Source of the DNA: Dipteris shenzhenensis
Taxonomy: Eukaryota
Reading direction: 5' to 3' (one strand)
Assembly: GCA_047967505.1 (NCBI GenBank)
Contig: CM106538.1
Length of the DNA: 64,000 nucleotides
Made by a program: the position numbers and the translations under genes. The notes under the pieces are model-generated. The model was given only the letters and a program-made list of their open reading frames with translations, was not told where the DNA came from and ran no database searches. Below are positions 27,671 to 41,100 of this stretch, piece after piece; position 1 is the first letter of the stretch; each line of letters begins with the position of its first letter.

Positions 27671-28263
27671 CTCAATTTTTATTTCTTAAATATTTAAGAA
27701 AAGGAAACATGAATATAAATTCGTCATACCTAGCTACGCTGGCTGAAGGTTTTGTAGATAGGATGTAGACTCTCCTTGATTCTTCCTATTGCTCCTTCTT
27801 GCTCCAATTGATTGAGATAAGAATGAATGAAGGAAAGAAGTCCTTTTTATACTTTTTTAGGGCAAATTAAGATTTTCCTTTTGTACCCTTCTTTTTCCTT
27901 TTTTCTTGTTCTTTCTTTTCACTAGTCTTTTTCCTTTTCCTTTCCTTTCACCCTTCTCTTTCTTTCATACTAAGCGTAATTGTTTTCAAAGTAATTATAC
28001 TCAAATTTTTTCATAATAGACATGCTCTTTTTGAAACTACAAACCTCCCAAATAGTTTTCTAATGTCACCCTTCTCTTTCTTTTGATTAATAAATATCCT
28101 ACTAAGTGCAATTGTTTTCATTATAATTAGACTCAATTATTTTCATAATAAACATGCGTTTTTCAAAACTATTAACCTCACAAATAATTTTATAATGTCA
28201 ATTGTTACTCAAAATCGGCTATCCATTGAATCACGCCTTTTTTAAAACTACTAACTTCACAAA

Positions 28264-28921
28264 CTCCTAGGTGTGTTATCCAAATAAGTACTTATCAGAG
28301 GGGGGCGCCACTTTGCACCTAAGGAAATACCACCTAGGTTGAGATGCGTGCAAAGTATTGTGCCAATTGGATAGGCTTTCCATTGTCGATCAAGCATTGT
28401 ACACCATTTTTGCCTCAGTTGATGCACATCCATTAGAAAACATGCTCCTAGGTGTGTTATCCGAACAAGTACTTATTGGATGGGTGTGCCACATTGCATG
28501 CAACTCAATACCACCTAGGTTGACGTGCATGCAAAATATTGTGCCCATCGGATATGCTTTCTATGGCCGATCAAGCATTAAACACCGTTTTTGCCTAAGC
28601 GTCATGCACAACCTTCAAAAAACACGATCCTAGGTGTGTTATTCAAACAAGTACTTATTGTATGGGTGCCCAACTTTGCATGCAAGTCAATCCCACCTAG
28701 GTTGAGGCGTGCAAAGTATTTTGCCCATTGGATATGCTTTGTATGGTTGATGACGAATTAAACATCGTTTTTGCCTTAGTGTCATGCACAACCATGAAAA
28801 AACATGGTCCTAGGTGTGTTATTCAAACAAGTACTTATCGGATGGGGGTGCCACTTTGCACACAAGTCAATACCACCTAGTTTGAGACATGTGCAAAGTA
28901 TTGTATCCATTGGATATGATT
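28264..28921 (-). repeat. Inverted copy of the ~180-bp satellite (~3.6 monomers)
   Basis: cctaggtgtgttat...acaagtacttat...aataccacctaggttgag is the reverse complement of the monomer at 19085-22395. Confidence 0.95.
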
Positions 28922-29876
28922 CTCTGTCTCTATTAGCCTACTGTCACTCGGGGAGACCTACACCTGTCCCCGAGCCAAGCCAAGACCAACTGAAAGAAAC
29001 TGACGCTGTCTAATGTCCAGCATGGACAAGATGCAGCAAATTATGTCCAACAGGACTCAAATGCACGGGAAAACATGAGCTAACAAAGCTCAACTATAGT
29101 GCACAAGCACATATCCCACACAATGTCCACAAGGCATACTTCTGCAAAATGTCATGCAAAGAGACCAAAATCAGCCAATGCTCAGCTCCAAGACCTCAAA
29201 TGCAACACCGGCTATCTCCCAAGCATACAACTGCATCAAACATGCAATCCACAAGCTCCACTGAACTCTCTCCTCAAGCTCTTCTCCTCGAGCTCTTGAG
29301 CTCAGACCAGCATAGCTATGGCTGCCCCGTCTTCTCCACGTCTGCCATCACAATATTCAACCACTCACCATTTTGGGCCACTACCTCCATCACCATTTTG
29401 AGTAGTGAATGGCACAGACTGCACCTAGGATAGTAAAATTCTAGAACGGTCATAGGCTTTCTACTCGCCAGGGCCAACACAAGCGCTCGCTACTCTGCCT
29501 CGCCTTGTTCCTCCGGTGTGAGGATGGGTTTATCCTTCCCATGACCCTGCCATTGAGGGAAGAGCTGCTGCAAGGGTGAAAGCCAGGAGCTGTGGCTAGA
29601 CGTAGAATTGGAGACGTCGCTACTAATGGGCTATTGGGAGGATTGAACATGCAGGTTGGAGGATGGAGATGCTGCTGTTTGTGAGGGGAAGGCTAAGCTC
29701 TGTTGTTTTGATCTACCATCGCAGAGGTAGCTCAAGGTTCTTGCAAGAGCTCTCTATCAGACCGTCCGCTTCTTCGCCTTCACTGTAGTTCCAATTCGAT
29801 CGATGAAGCTCCCACCGAGCTGCTCCTCTCTAACCTTGCTGGCCACACTCACCAAGCTCTCAACAAGCTCTCCTTG

Positions 29877-30042
29877 GCTCTGATACCAGTTGTGGGGGAA
29901 GAGAGGAGCACTCAGGAAGGGATAAGAGGAGACAGCAAAAGTGGTGGAGCAAAAGCTACTCCAGCTTATTCCTCTATCATATATATATGAGTATACATGG
30001 GCACTATACAAGTGGGTGGGCACACTATCCTTTACCCCAACA
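29877..30042 (-). repeat. PBS (29877-29888) and short Copia 5' LTR (29891-30042, 152 bp) inserted in another Copia RT
   Basis: gctctgatacca followed by TGTGG...CCAACA. RT coding sequence (LKQKFEMKD) resumes right at 30043. Confidence 0.8.
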
Positions 30043-32428
30043 ATCCTTCATCTCAAACTTCTGCTTCAATAGCATTTTCACATGAAGGATATCTTCATCA
30101 CTATCACCTGTGATGATCAAATCATCAACATAAATGACAAGCAGCATAATGCCTTTCTCTGTTTTTCTCACATAAAGTGAGAAATCTGCCTTGGAAATCT
30201 GAAAGCCAATAGTGACAAGATACTATCCTATCTTGTCAAACCATGCTCTGAGTGCTTGCTTCAAGCCATACAAGGCTTTCTTCAACTTGCAAACAAACTC
30301 AAGATGAACAGCATGAACATAACCTGGTGGCTGCTCCATATAGACCTCTTCTTGCAAATCACCATGCAAGAAAGCATTCTTTACATCCATCTGATGTAAA
30401 GACCATCCCTTTGATGCAGCCATAGCAATGACTACTCTTATGGTTGCCATCCTTGCAACCGGATTGAATGTTTCTTCATAATCAATGCCATATATCTGTG
30501 CATATCCCTTGACAACTAATCTTGCCTTGTATCTTTTCACAGAACCATCTGCATTGTGTTTCACCTTATAAACCCACTTGCAGCCAATTGCATTCTTGTC
30601 TTTAGGAAAAGGCACCAATTCCCATATAGCATTTGCTTCCAAGGCATCCATTTCTTCATCCATGGCTTTCTCCCATTTTTCTTTTCCCATGGCTTACTCA
30701 AAAGAAGTGGGTTCTAGTTCTTGTATCACTTTGACCATATAGGCATAGTGAATGGCTGTAAATCCATCATATTTAACCTATCCACAGGATACTTAACTCT
30801 AATAGACCTATGCAAAATGGGCTCACTACCAGGTGCTCTCAAAACATCCTTTGTCTTCCTTACTCCAGGTGTAACAATAGAAGGAATACCCAACTTATCA
30901 TCAAGGCTCTGTTCTGAGCCACTGGATTCACCATCCACATAAGAGTGACATGCATTCACATCAACCATGGGCTAATCTACTTCCTCTTTTCCTTTTCATG
31001 ATACTTGCATACAACTATTTGCATTGCTTTGAGGAAATCCTCTTGATCTCAATCTGCCTGTCGATGGCAAAATATGTGAACCACTACTAGAGGACACTAT
31101 AGGTCCACTAATATTTTGTGATTGCTATTGTGAATTCTGTGCAGCATTACCATTTTGTGCATCTATATCGTCAATCATATTTACTAGTTTATACCAGCTG
31201 CTCATCTCATCAAAAACAACATCTCTGCTCACTGTAAACTTACGAGTAGAAGGGTTATAGCATCTATGCCCTTTCTGCTGCAGAGAATAACCAATAAAGA
31301 TGCAGTTCTCAGCTTTTGGATCCAACTTAGATCTCAACTCATTTAGCACATGAACATAGGCAATGCAACCAAAAACTTTTAAATGAGAAATATATGGTTT
31401 CCTACCAGTATACCTCTCCTCTAGCATCATGCCATGTATTGCTGCAGTGGGAGTCCTATTCATTATGTAGACTGCTGTAGCAACTACTTCAGCCTAATAA
31501 TAATATGGCAGGTCTTTTTTGTTGAGCATGGCACGAGATACCTCTCCAATATGCCTGTTTTTCCCTTTTGCAAGTCCATTTTGCTGTGGGGTATGACTGC
31601 ATGAATATTGCTGCTTTATGCCATGCTCCTGTAGGAACCTTGCAAACTCATTTGAGAGGTACTCTCCCCCTCCATCTGACCTTAGGCATTTTATTTGTAG
31701 GCCGATTTCTTTCTCAACCATAGCTTTAAAAGCTTTGAAATGCCCAAACACTTCACTTTTCTTTTTCATAAAATACACCCAAACTTTTCTGCTGTAGTCC
31801 TCAATAAAAGTGACAAAATAATGACAGCCTCCAATAGATGCAGCTTTAGTAGTCCACACATTAGAGTGGATTAATTCCAATGGCCTCTTACTCTCTTGAA
31901 CATGTCTAGGAAATGGTTTCCTTGCTTGTTTTCCAAATTCACATACCTTATGCATTTCTGCAACCTTAAACTTAGGCAATCTTGCAACAATATTTTGGGC
32001 CTGCATTAATTTAAGTCGCTGTACATTAACATGACCAATGCGTTTATGCCAATTATCAATATCTGCAACTACACCGGTCCAATGTGCAAACATTGTTGCA
32101 CTCAATTTAGGCATGTCCGATCCAACATAAACATCCTGCCCTTCTTCTTCCCTTTTGCTATCAAGTGACCTCTATTTTTCATATCCTCAACAAAGCATCC
32201 ATGAGGATTGAATACTCATACATTTGACCAATAGAAACCAGGTTCTTGGTGATATTCGGGACAAAAAATACATCAGACAGGTATTTCTTTTTCCCATCCT
32301 GCATAGACAAAGGAATTTTACCAATCTGCACAATAGGATGTGCAGTATCATCACCAGTCTCCACAAATCCTGGTCTTTCCATTTTCCTTGCATCCTACAT
32401 CCATTCTGCATGACCTGTCATTGGTTTT
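30043..32428 (-). mobile_element. Ty1/Copia pol fragment (protease-integrase-RT), degraded
   Basis: WHKRIGH, LRSDGGGEY, MNRTPT...[27 protein letters not shown]. Closely related to the Copia at 3.8-7.6 kb. Confidence 0.95.
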
Positions 32429-33160
32429 TGTAAGAAAACAATACAACATCTGTGCTCAACAAATAACAGGATCTCGTACGCAAGAGAGAAAACAAGATAG
32501 TATGGAGAATCAAAAATTTGATTACTGTAGAACTGATACAATAGATGGCGCTACCTCCCAACTGTGCGCTCCTATGAAAGAAGCTTCGATGGCATGTTGG
32601 AAACAGTAGAAGATGGAGGCTAGATGCTAAGGAATCAGGGTTGTTGTAGCCAGTGATGAAATGGGCTTCACGGGCTTGCTCTTATATAGCCATCAGTTGT
32701 AGTCGGTTAGGCTCAATTGGGTGACCGACCCAGTCTGCCCAAAATGGTCAACTAGGGGTCGGTTTCGAAATAGGCCACCGACCACACGATAGAACCGGTG
32801 CACAAAATAGAGCAACTAACCTATGGTCACCGTTCGACCCAGAGCCATCCGGGATCATCTGAGCTCCAAACGGCCCCTGCAACTCGAGAGTGGGGCTACC
32901 CTAGGAAATGCTCTATCTACCCTCAGTGCAGTCAATCAAGGGATGCCTTCTCGCACTTGCATGTAGCCTAGTTGGTAGTGTGCCAACTCTATCTGAAGCT
33001 GTCCAGCCATCAGGCCACACATGGCCCCCATTTGGTGTCCAAACCAGGACCTACCGGATAACCGAGCTACTCAAATGCCTTCTCCTCATATGGGGGGCTT
33101 ACAAGTAGAGTTAGCTAGTTCCTGCATAGTTACATGAGAGTGGAGCATTGATATCTAACA
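32429..33160 (-). repeat. Copia 3' LTR (732 bp)
   Basis: TGTAAG at 32429 to TAACA at 33160, followed by the PPT complement ccccccctcaa. Interrupts the protease region of the neighbouring Copia. Confidence 0.8.
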
Positions 33161-33190
33161 CCCCCCCTCAATGTCCACCCGCAAGTGAAC

Positions 33191-35050
33191 TTAATTTTTC
33201 GGCCCAATGCCAAGTCGATGAAGATGCCTCTCCAGCAAGTCTCTTCCAAGAGCCTTCGTGAAGATGTCTGCAGTATTCTCTGTAGTCAGATAGTACACCA
33301 AGTCGACCTCTCCATCCATGATGAGCTCGTGTACAAAGTGATATTGAATCTCAATGTGTTTTGTGCAAGCGTGGAACACTGGGTTCTTTGCAATCGCCAT
33401 GCAACTCTGATTGTCACATGATAACTACGTAGGCTTGCATTTGCACCCATGTCTCCCAAAATCCTCCTCAACCACACTGCCTCGCAAGAAGCAGAGCATG
33501 CAGATTTGTACTCAGCCTCAGTAGAAGAAAGAGCAACTATGGGTTGCTTCTTACTGACCCATGACACAACTCCAGATCCAAGTGAGAAACAGTACCTTGT
33601 CACTGATCTCCTACTGTCCATGTCTCTTGCCCAATCCGAGTCATAGAATCTAGTCAAGATGTTGCCCTTGTTATAAGTGATGCCATAATCAAGTGTGCCT
33701 TTGATGTATTTTAGCACCCGCATCCCTGCCCTCCAATGGTTCTCTCGGGGCTTATTGGAAAAGCTGCTTAGTACACCAGTTGCAAAACTGATGTTCGGCC
33801 ATGTGTTGCACAGGTAAATCAAGCTACCCACAAGCCTTCTGTACTTCGCTTCGTCCACCAGTGGTGATGAATCTTCGTTTGAGAGCTTCGCGTTAACCTC
33901 CATAGGGGTACCAACTGCTGTCTTGCACTCAGCCATGCCAAATGCCTTCAGTATCTCTCCAGCATACTTCAGCTATGAAATGAAGATCTGTTTCACCAAA
34001 CTTCAATCCCCAAACAGAAATGCATCAGTCCGAGGTCTATCATTTCAAACTATCTTCCTAGCAAATGCTTCGTCTGTGAGATCTTCTCTTCATGGTTCCT
34101 TGTTATGACAAGGTCATCCACATAAAGGACCACGATCATACTCTTGCCTCCTCCTCTAAAGATATACAAATTTGCATCAGATGGGCCCCTCCTGAACCCG
34201 TTTTGTAGAAAGTAGGCATCAATTCGTTGGTACCACGCTCATGGGGCCTGTTTCAGCCTGTAAAGTGCTTCTTTAGTTTGCAGACTTTACCTTTTGAGCC
34301 GAGGATCTCAAAACCTGGTGGTTGTTCCATGTATACCTCCTCCTTGAGATCTTGATTCAGAACGGTGGATTTCACATCCATCTAAAACACGGGCCAACTT
34401 CCCTGGGCAGCTAAAGCCAAAACACTGTGAATTGTGGTCAGTCGAGCTGTGGGAGCAAAAGTATCTTGATAATCAAAACCATGTACCTGTGCAAATCCTT
34501 TTGCCATGAGCTGAGCCTTGTATTTATCCAACGTGCCTTTGGACTTGTACTTGGTCTTGTACACCCACTTGGTTCTGATTACCTTGCGTTTTGGTGGTCG
34601 ATCCACAAGGTCCCAAGTGTTGTTCTTCATTATGGAGCCATACTCTGACTGCATAGCCTCCATCCACCTATCATCGCCTTGTGCCTCTTCAAGACACTTG
34701 GGTTCATTAGCATGAATCACTTTTGTCATCAAAGCATAGTTGACCAAGTGTTCCTGCACCCTTCTTTGCTCCTCTAATCTCTTGGATTGGCAGTGTTCGG
34801 ATGGTTCCTCCTCAATGGCTGGAGGTTCTCTGCCATCCAAAAGCTGCTTTACCCACTTTAGGAATGGCTGTTACCATTGTGGTTCTACAGGCTCTTCTTC
34901 ATCTTCTTTGTCTTGAATCCTCCCAAGCACCGTTGCGATTGACATCGTAGGAGTCGAGAAGGTCCTTCACTAGATCTACATCAAATGCCTCCTTCCTTTG
35001 CAAATTTGAAGAGTCGGTTGCTTTTTAAAAGTATGAGAATTGTTCAAAGC
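33191..35050 (-). mobile_element. Ty1/Copia RT-RNase H fragment
   Basis: KWVYKTK...AKGFAQ, YVDD, YRRLVGSLIYL, DSDWA, VALSSTEAEY, NPVFHA.TKHIEI. 5'-truncated. Confidence 0.93.
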
Positions 35051-35579
35051 TAAAATCTATGATGGGGTGGGGTGATGAGATGCAAGAGGTAGCACGCTTG
35101 CAGGCCTGTTGTCCCTCCATTTAACACTAAAACAAGGGAATACTGAAAGAGATGGAAGAGGAGTTGTGGATGTAGCAACAGGATGCGATGGTGGAAGCTG
35201 TGGAATCAGAAAACAAGCAAGCAATGGTAATAAGACTCTGGTAAAGAAGGATAGGGAGCTTGTAAAGTGCAAGGAGCATGGACTATGGATAAGCAATAGG
35301 AATGGGAAGATGATAGAAGGAAGCTAAAGATGGTGGTCTCTTCAAGGATAATGTAGTATTATTCTTCCAATACCCCCATTTATCCTTATTATGAGCTCTC
35401 CTTAATGTCATTGGACTTGTAAATGTCATGTGGTTGGTCTTCCTAATTTACATCTTGCTTTGTAATTTCCTTCCCTTGGATGCGATCTAAGAATTTGACT
35501 CTTATTAGGTGACTGCATTGCATACACATGGATACTAAAGTTTCTATAGCCAAGTGTTTCTCTGAGTTTATCGGTACTA

Positions 35580-37188
35580 AGTTTGAATCCTCAGTTGCTC
35601 AGTATGGTTTCACCTTTCTTCCATTGTAAATTTTGGGAACACCTCAGCTAACCTATAAGGTTTGTTCTTCCAACCAAGTTAGAAATTTGTTTTTATGGGA
35701 CTAGCTTAGTAGTATAGAGCAATACAAGCATCCCTTTCTCCACTAGTAGTAGCAACAATATGTTGATCATGCCACATCTTTCTGCGCCTTTGAATGATTT
35801 ATTGCGACCATGCTGCTCAAAGAAACAGTTCATCTAGGTGGGCTAACTGATGCAATTGTCCCTTGATTACCTCAGGTTCTCACCTAGTTGATGCTTGGCT
35901 GCGATGCGAACACTTGGCACAATGAATTCCAAAGGAACAGTTGCTTCAAGACCAAAGCCCATCTGAAAGGGTGTCAAATGATTGGTCCCTTTGTAGGTAG
36001 TATGATAGGACCTCAATGCGGCATGCAACCTAGCATCCCAATCACCCTTTATGAGATTGCATTGTCTTAGTAAGAATGAACTTGAAGTCTTATTTCTTGA
36101 CCTAGCTTCACCATTACCTTGAGCTTAATATAGGTAGTGGAGACTGTATGCATGATTTTTAACTCAAACTTGAGTAATTGCATATCCTCATTCAAGAAAT
36201 GAGATCCTTGATCACTGACAATATGAATGGGGCATCCATGTTTTCATATAATATTCTTAAAGAGGAATCGAGTAGTGATTTGTGTTGATTTGTCTCAAAG
36301 ATCCTTAGCTTTGACCCACTTAGTGGCATTATCATTTTGCGACAACCACATACTTGTTTCTTATGTGCCAAGCACATTTCAAAGGACCAATGAAGTTGAG
36401 TTCCCATCACTAAAAAGCCTCCCAAGGCTTAGTACGCTACAACGGAATGTATTGGTTGGACAACAACCGATCACATTGCGTAGATTTCTTACTGGCATCA
36501 GCAAAGAGAGTACCCTGCCATAATCCTACTTGCAACACTGATGTGGCGATGCCAACATTTCAAACTAGTGGGACTCTTCATTTTGAGCTGTGAGTTCAAT
36601 TTGGAAATGGCCACTAGAGGGACCCAAATGAGCTTCTTGCAACAACGTAGCTCGTTCATGAGAAAGAACCCATCTACATAAGATTCCATCTTTGCGCATT
36701 GTCAGTAATGCTAACCACCAATTAAAATGTACTTCCAAGACTTCAAGGCTAATTGTATGTGTTTATCATGAGGCATATGCTCAGGAAATATCCCCTTAGA
36801 CAAGTAATTAATCACCTTGACATACTCGCTTTCAAAGAAATCAATTGCAAAGGGCTCAGCATCAGGCAACTCATTGTCTACCCCCTCACTATCATCAGGT
36901 GCAGGCAACTGAGATATACTATCGGCACCCTCATGTGTTTTTCTAGGATTATGGATGATTTTAAAATTAAACTCCTGAGAAGAAGAATCCACTGAACAAA
37001 TTAGCCTTGAATGTCTTTTTTGGTAATTAGATAAAGCAAGGCTTGATGATCCATATAAAATACAAATGGATTGCCAAGCAAGTAATGCCTCAACTTTTGA
37101 CCACTAAAGATCATGCCAAGAGCTTCACGCTTAGTAGAGCTATAATTAGATTTTGTCAAAAGGTGAGCAATTAGTTGGCATAATACAT
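35580..37188 (-). mobile_element. Degraded Gypsy RNase H-integrase
   Basis: Reverse strand reads YSSTKREALGMIF..KLRHYLLGNPFVFY.DHQAL, QEFNFKIIH.P.K.H..AD..S, AGY, and a terminal NGRKVKPY. Confidence 0.85.
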
Positions 37189-38149
37189 GCCTGTAGTTGA
37201 GCCGGGATTTCTAATTTTTGAGCAAAACCATCTGAGCATTTGAGCAAATTGGATCAGAATGTAGTTTTTTTGTGTCAAAGTTTATGAAAACAATCAAAGT
37301 GTATGGACCCCTTTTGTAAAGAAAGGGGTCATATTGCTTAAGAAAAGAAATGGATATCCTCATTTCTGACTAAACAAGTTTTCTAACTCTTGAAGTTCAT
37401 GAAATGAGGCCATGATTATGAAACCATTTTGTAAATGAAGGATCCATATTGCTCAATAAAAGAAGTGGTTATCCTTGTAAACTAATAAACCACAACAACT
37501 AATAACCAAAAAACAAGTCTTCAAATAAGTTTTAAACCTATGCAAATGAAAATGAAGACATGATTTATCACATAGAAGACATGTTCAAACTTTTGTGATG
37601 TAAAATCATCCTTCAAAATGTCCTACCACAATTATCAAGTGGAGAATAATTAGTACACTTTCCTTGTGGTTCAAATTACTTATGGAAAAAAGGATTTCTT
37701 ATATCCAATCCAAGGTACAAAAGGAAATGTAACAAATATAGCCAAATTTTAAGTCAATATTTTACACTCATAGTTTGGTATTTTGCTACTAGTTGTGTTG
37801 AGTTCATGTTATTTCAAATAAGTTTCCTACAAAGTGTCCTGCCACAATTACCAATAAGTGGAGAAACAAACCAAAAATTTACACAAGGAGAAATGCAAAA
37901 GGCTCCAAAAACATTGTTCTTGTGGTTCAAAATCTTCATGGAAAAATGAATTATTATAGATATCTTTTCATTTTGTATTCAACATCATGAAGGTTTAGTC
38001 TTCAAAAAAATACTATTTTTGTGGTTCAAAATCCTCATGGAAAAAGGATTATTATAATAGCCCTTCCATTTTCTGTTGACCATCATGAAAGTACAGTCTC
38101 CAAAAACTAAACCTCAAGGCATGCAGGACACTGCCTGGAATATCTCTTT

Positions 38150-41100
38150 TTTACTCAGGGTGGCTTGGTGAACAAACATATTATTTCTGCTATCCAATCC
38201 AAGGTATGAAAAGGAAGATGTAATAAATATGTTTGCATGGAATATAAGCATCCAATTTGCATGATCGTCCAATGAAGTCTTCACAGTTGCAAGAAGGAAA
38301 TGGGGAAATGTCAACCTTGTATTCAATACCTTTTTGCATTGATCCTTCTGTAGAAATAATGAACTCAACATGCTCCATGGCCTTCATGACTGTTGTGTCC
38401 TTAACAATGCATTTCATGACCAATGACCTCTGAATTCTATCTTCCATTTCTTTGGAGATTTTGTTTCGCCATCTGATTGCTTTGCCATCTTGACGCCGAG
38501 GTCGATCTTCATGCAATACTATTGTTTCATCATGGACTTGAATTGGTGAAGCACAACTTGCACCCACCATCAGAGTTGACACTCCTAATATGACAAACCC
38601 CGAGCTTGTCAACCTGGCAATCCCTACACTTGTCAAGGATGTTCCTGATTGATGAACCTTCCACCTTCTTGGTGATGGTCCTGGAATACCTGTAATGCTA
38701 GTTGATGGCTTCCATGTGTGGGTTACATCATTTCCACAAAACCAAATCATTTGGGAGTGCACTCCAATTGGTGTTTGAATCCTCCCAAAGAATGATGGTG
38801 CAACAACTCCACGTCAATTTTCACGATCCTTTATGTTGACAAGCTTGTTACATTTTCCTCCTTGTCCAACCCAAGCCTAGCAACGGACTTGTTACAAGAA
38901 CTCTTCGTAATGCCCAATTTGCATCATGCACTTCATATTCTTGTACACTCTTGGAATCATCATCCTCAAAACTCTCTGTTGCAAATTTAGATTTTGGAGA
39001 CATGGAGCATCTTTTCTTATTTGCATAACTGTACTCAGGACAATGACTATCATCCTCATAGATATTTGAAGGCATTGACTTTGGCCTTTTCCTTCGCACA
39101 GCCTTGTCATCTCCATCATTAAAACATACTTCAGATGAACACCCATTTCCTTTGCAACATCACTTGTTAGATCAACAACTGTTTTGGCACTAATGTCAAT
39201 CCGAGATTTTGAAGATATTTTTTTTAAGGTCTCTAGACTCGGTCCACTTCCAATGAACTGGCCCTTCAGAAAAGATGTGTATCTAGAGCTTTGTAAAATT
39301 GCATTTGAGAGGTCACTAATAGAGGCATTGTAGAGACCAACATATTTGACATGGTTCAATCTAGCCCTTTAACTACCATGAATAGACTCTGCTAGATTTG
39401 TTCAAGGTATCAAGTACTTCTCGTTATCTAACATACTCTGCAAACCAAGCATTGCAGAGATATTGTAATGGCAAAATTACATTATTAGATTTGTTTGAGG
39501 TATCAAGTACTTCTCGTTATCTAACATACTCTACAAACCAAGCATTGCAGAGATATTGTTATGGCAAAATTACATTATTAACATGATTTAAAAAAATTCA
39601 AGAGAAATACAAAACCAACCTCTATAATGTAGTGGCCCCAATGGGAAATCCTAGCATGCTACCATGCAAACCAAGTTTCAAGCCATGGCAAGTCTGAATC
39701 ACTTGCATGGCCTGCATTCCACCATGCCCTTAGGCTTCTCATTTCGACTTCTGTAGCTTACTCTGTAGAGGCATCCTTCCAGCATCTATATCAGATTTTA
39801 AATTCCTCTTGGCTGCCAACTTTTATACATGCCTTTACATGGGAATGAAGACTTTGCTCCCAATGGAAAAGGCAAGAACGCTCTTTCCCTTCCATTGTAT
39901 TGTCAAGGCCACCATTGAAAGTGGCACGTACAACTCTCCAGTTGGCTTGGGCCTCATCTGCCATGAACCCTTTGAAATTTGCATTGTCAAACCCTTCTAA
40001 AACCATTACTTTGTTGAGAGTATCCCAAAATAGAATTTGTGTGTCAGTATCTTCCACCTTGAAGTCACAAGTTGCAATTGTTTGCAACTCTTGGATAAAA
40101 GGATTATACACATGGCAAGCCATGGTAGTCCAATCTTTCATTTGCTTCACAAAGTCAAACAACACCCAACAATGACCCAGTTCTCCTCTAGGTCTCATTT
40201 TATTTACCAAATCAACCCTTGAACTAGAACCTTGGGTAGAATTTTAAATACATGACACATGCTAAATGAACTATGTTGCAATTGTCTAGGAAACACTACT
40301 CTTTGGAAATAATCTACAATGTCTTTTCAAGTATAAAATTCCATCTAGCCCATCTGACATAGGTCGAGAGTCACGTTGACCCTCCTCAATCCATCTTGAT
40401 AATCTATACACAGATATAAAGTTGGTCAATATTCATTGTAATAACATCATTTAATAAACCAATGCAATAACAAATATTATGGTAATTACCTTCTTTTGTC
40501 GAGCAAAGGTTCATATTGTTTTAGCAAATCTTGTAGCTTAACATCTGACATCTTAATCCCATCTTGCACTTTCATAGACAATAAAGTTTCCATAATAATG
40601 TCTTGGACAATTATATTTTGTATCCCTTTAGGGCATACAGCACCACCAGCCCTCACCATTTCAGAAACTTTGGTTTTAATGGCATCCTTTGTTCTCCTAG
40701 TCAAACCATCTCCAACGGGATGATTATGATGGCCATGGTGTATGACTGCATGAGTAAGATTCACACCATCTCTACATTCTGGCATGCAAAGTAAGATTTC
40801 ACAGTAACATCTCTCCAAGCAAATTGGTGGACGACCACAATGTATACATGATAAGGAGCCATATGATTCAATTGACACTTTGCTGGGGCCACTCTAATCA
40901 CTCTCCCATCCCATTGTGTCTCATTCTCTATCCCAATTCTTGTTTTATAACCACAAGTTGCATTTATACAACGGAGGTGACCTCCACATTCCTTTCTACG
41001 AACCACACCAGGAAATACTATATTTGTTGTAATAGGATCACTCCAAACATGACCATCAAATTTTGACTCCGTACCTTTTGTGCGATGTTTCACTGAAGTA

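Noticed and set aside
27009-27689. 226-aa and overlapping ORFs
   Set aside because: Low-complexity C-rich repeats are stop-poor in several frames; no domain is recognisable.
37190-37203. Target-site duplication for the MULE
   Set aside because: The left flank (tagttgagcc) and right flank (taaaaaagcg) do not match convincingly.
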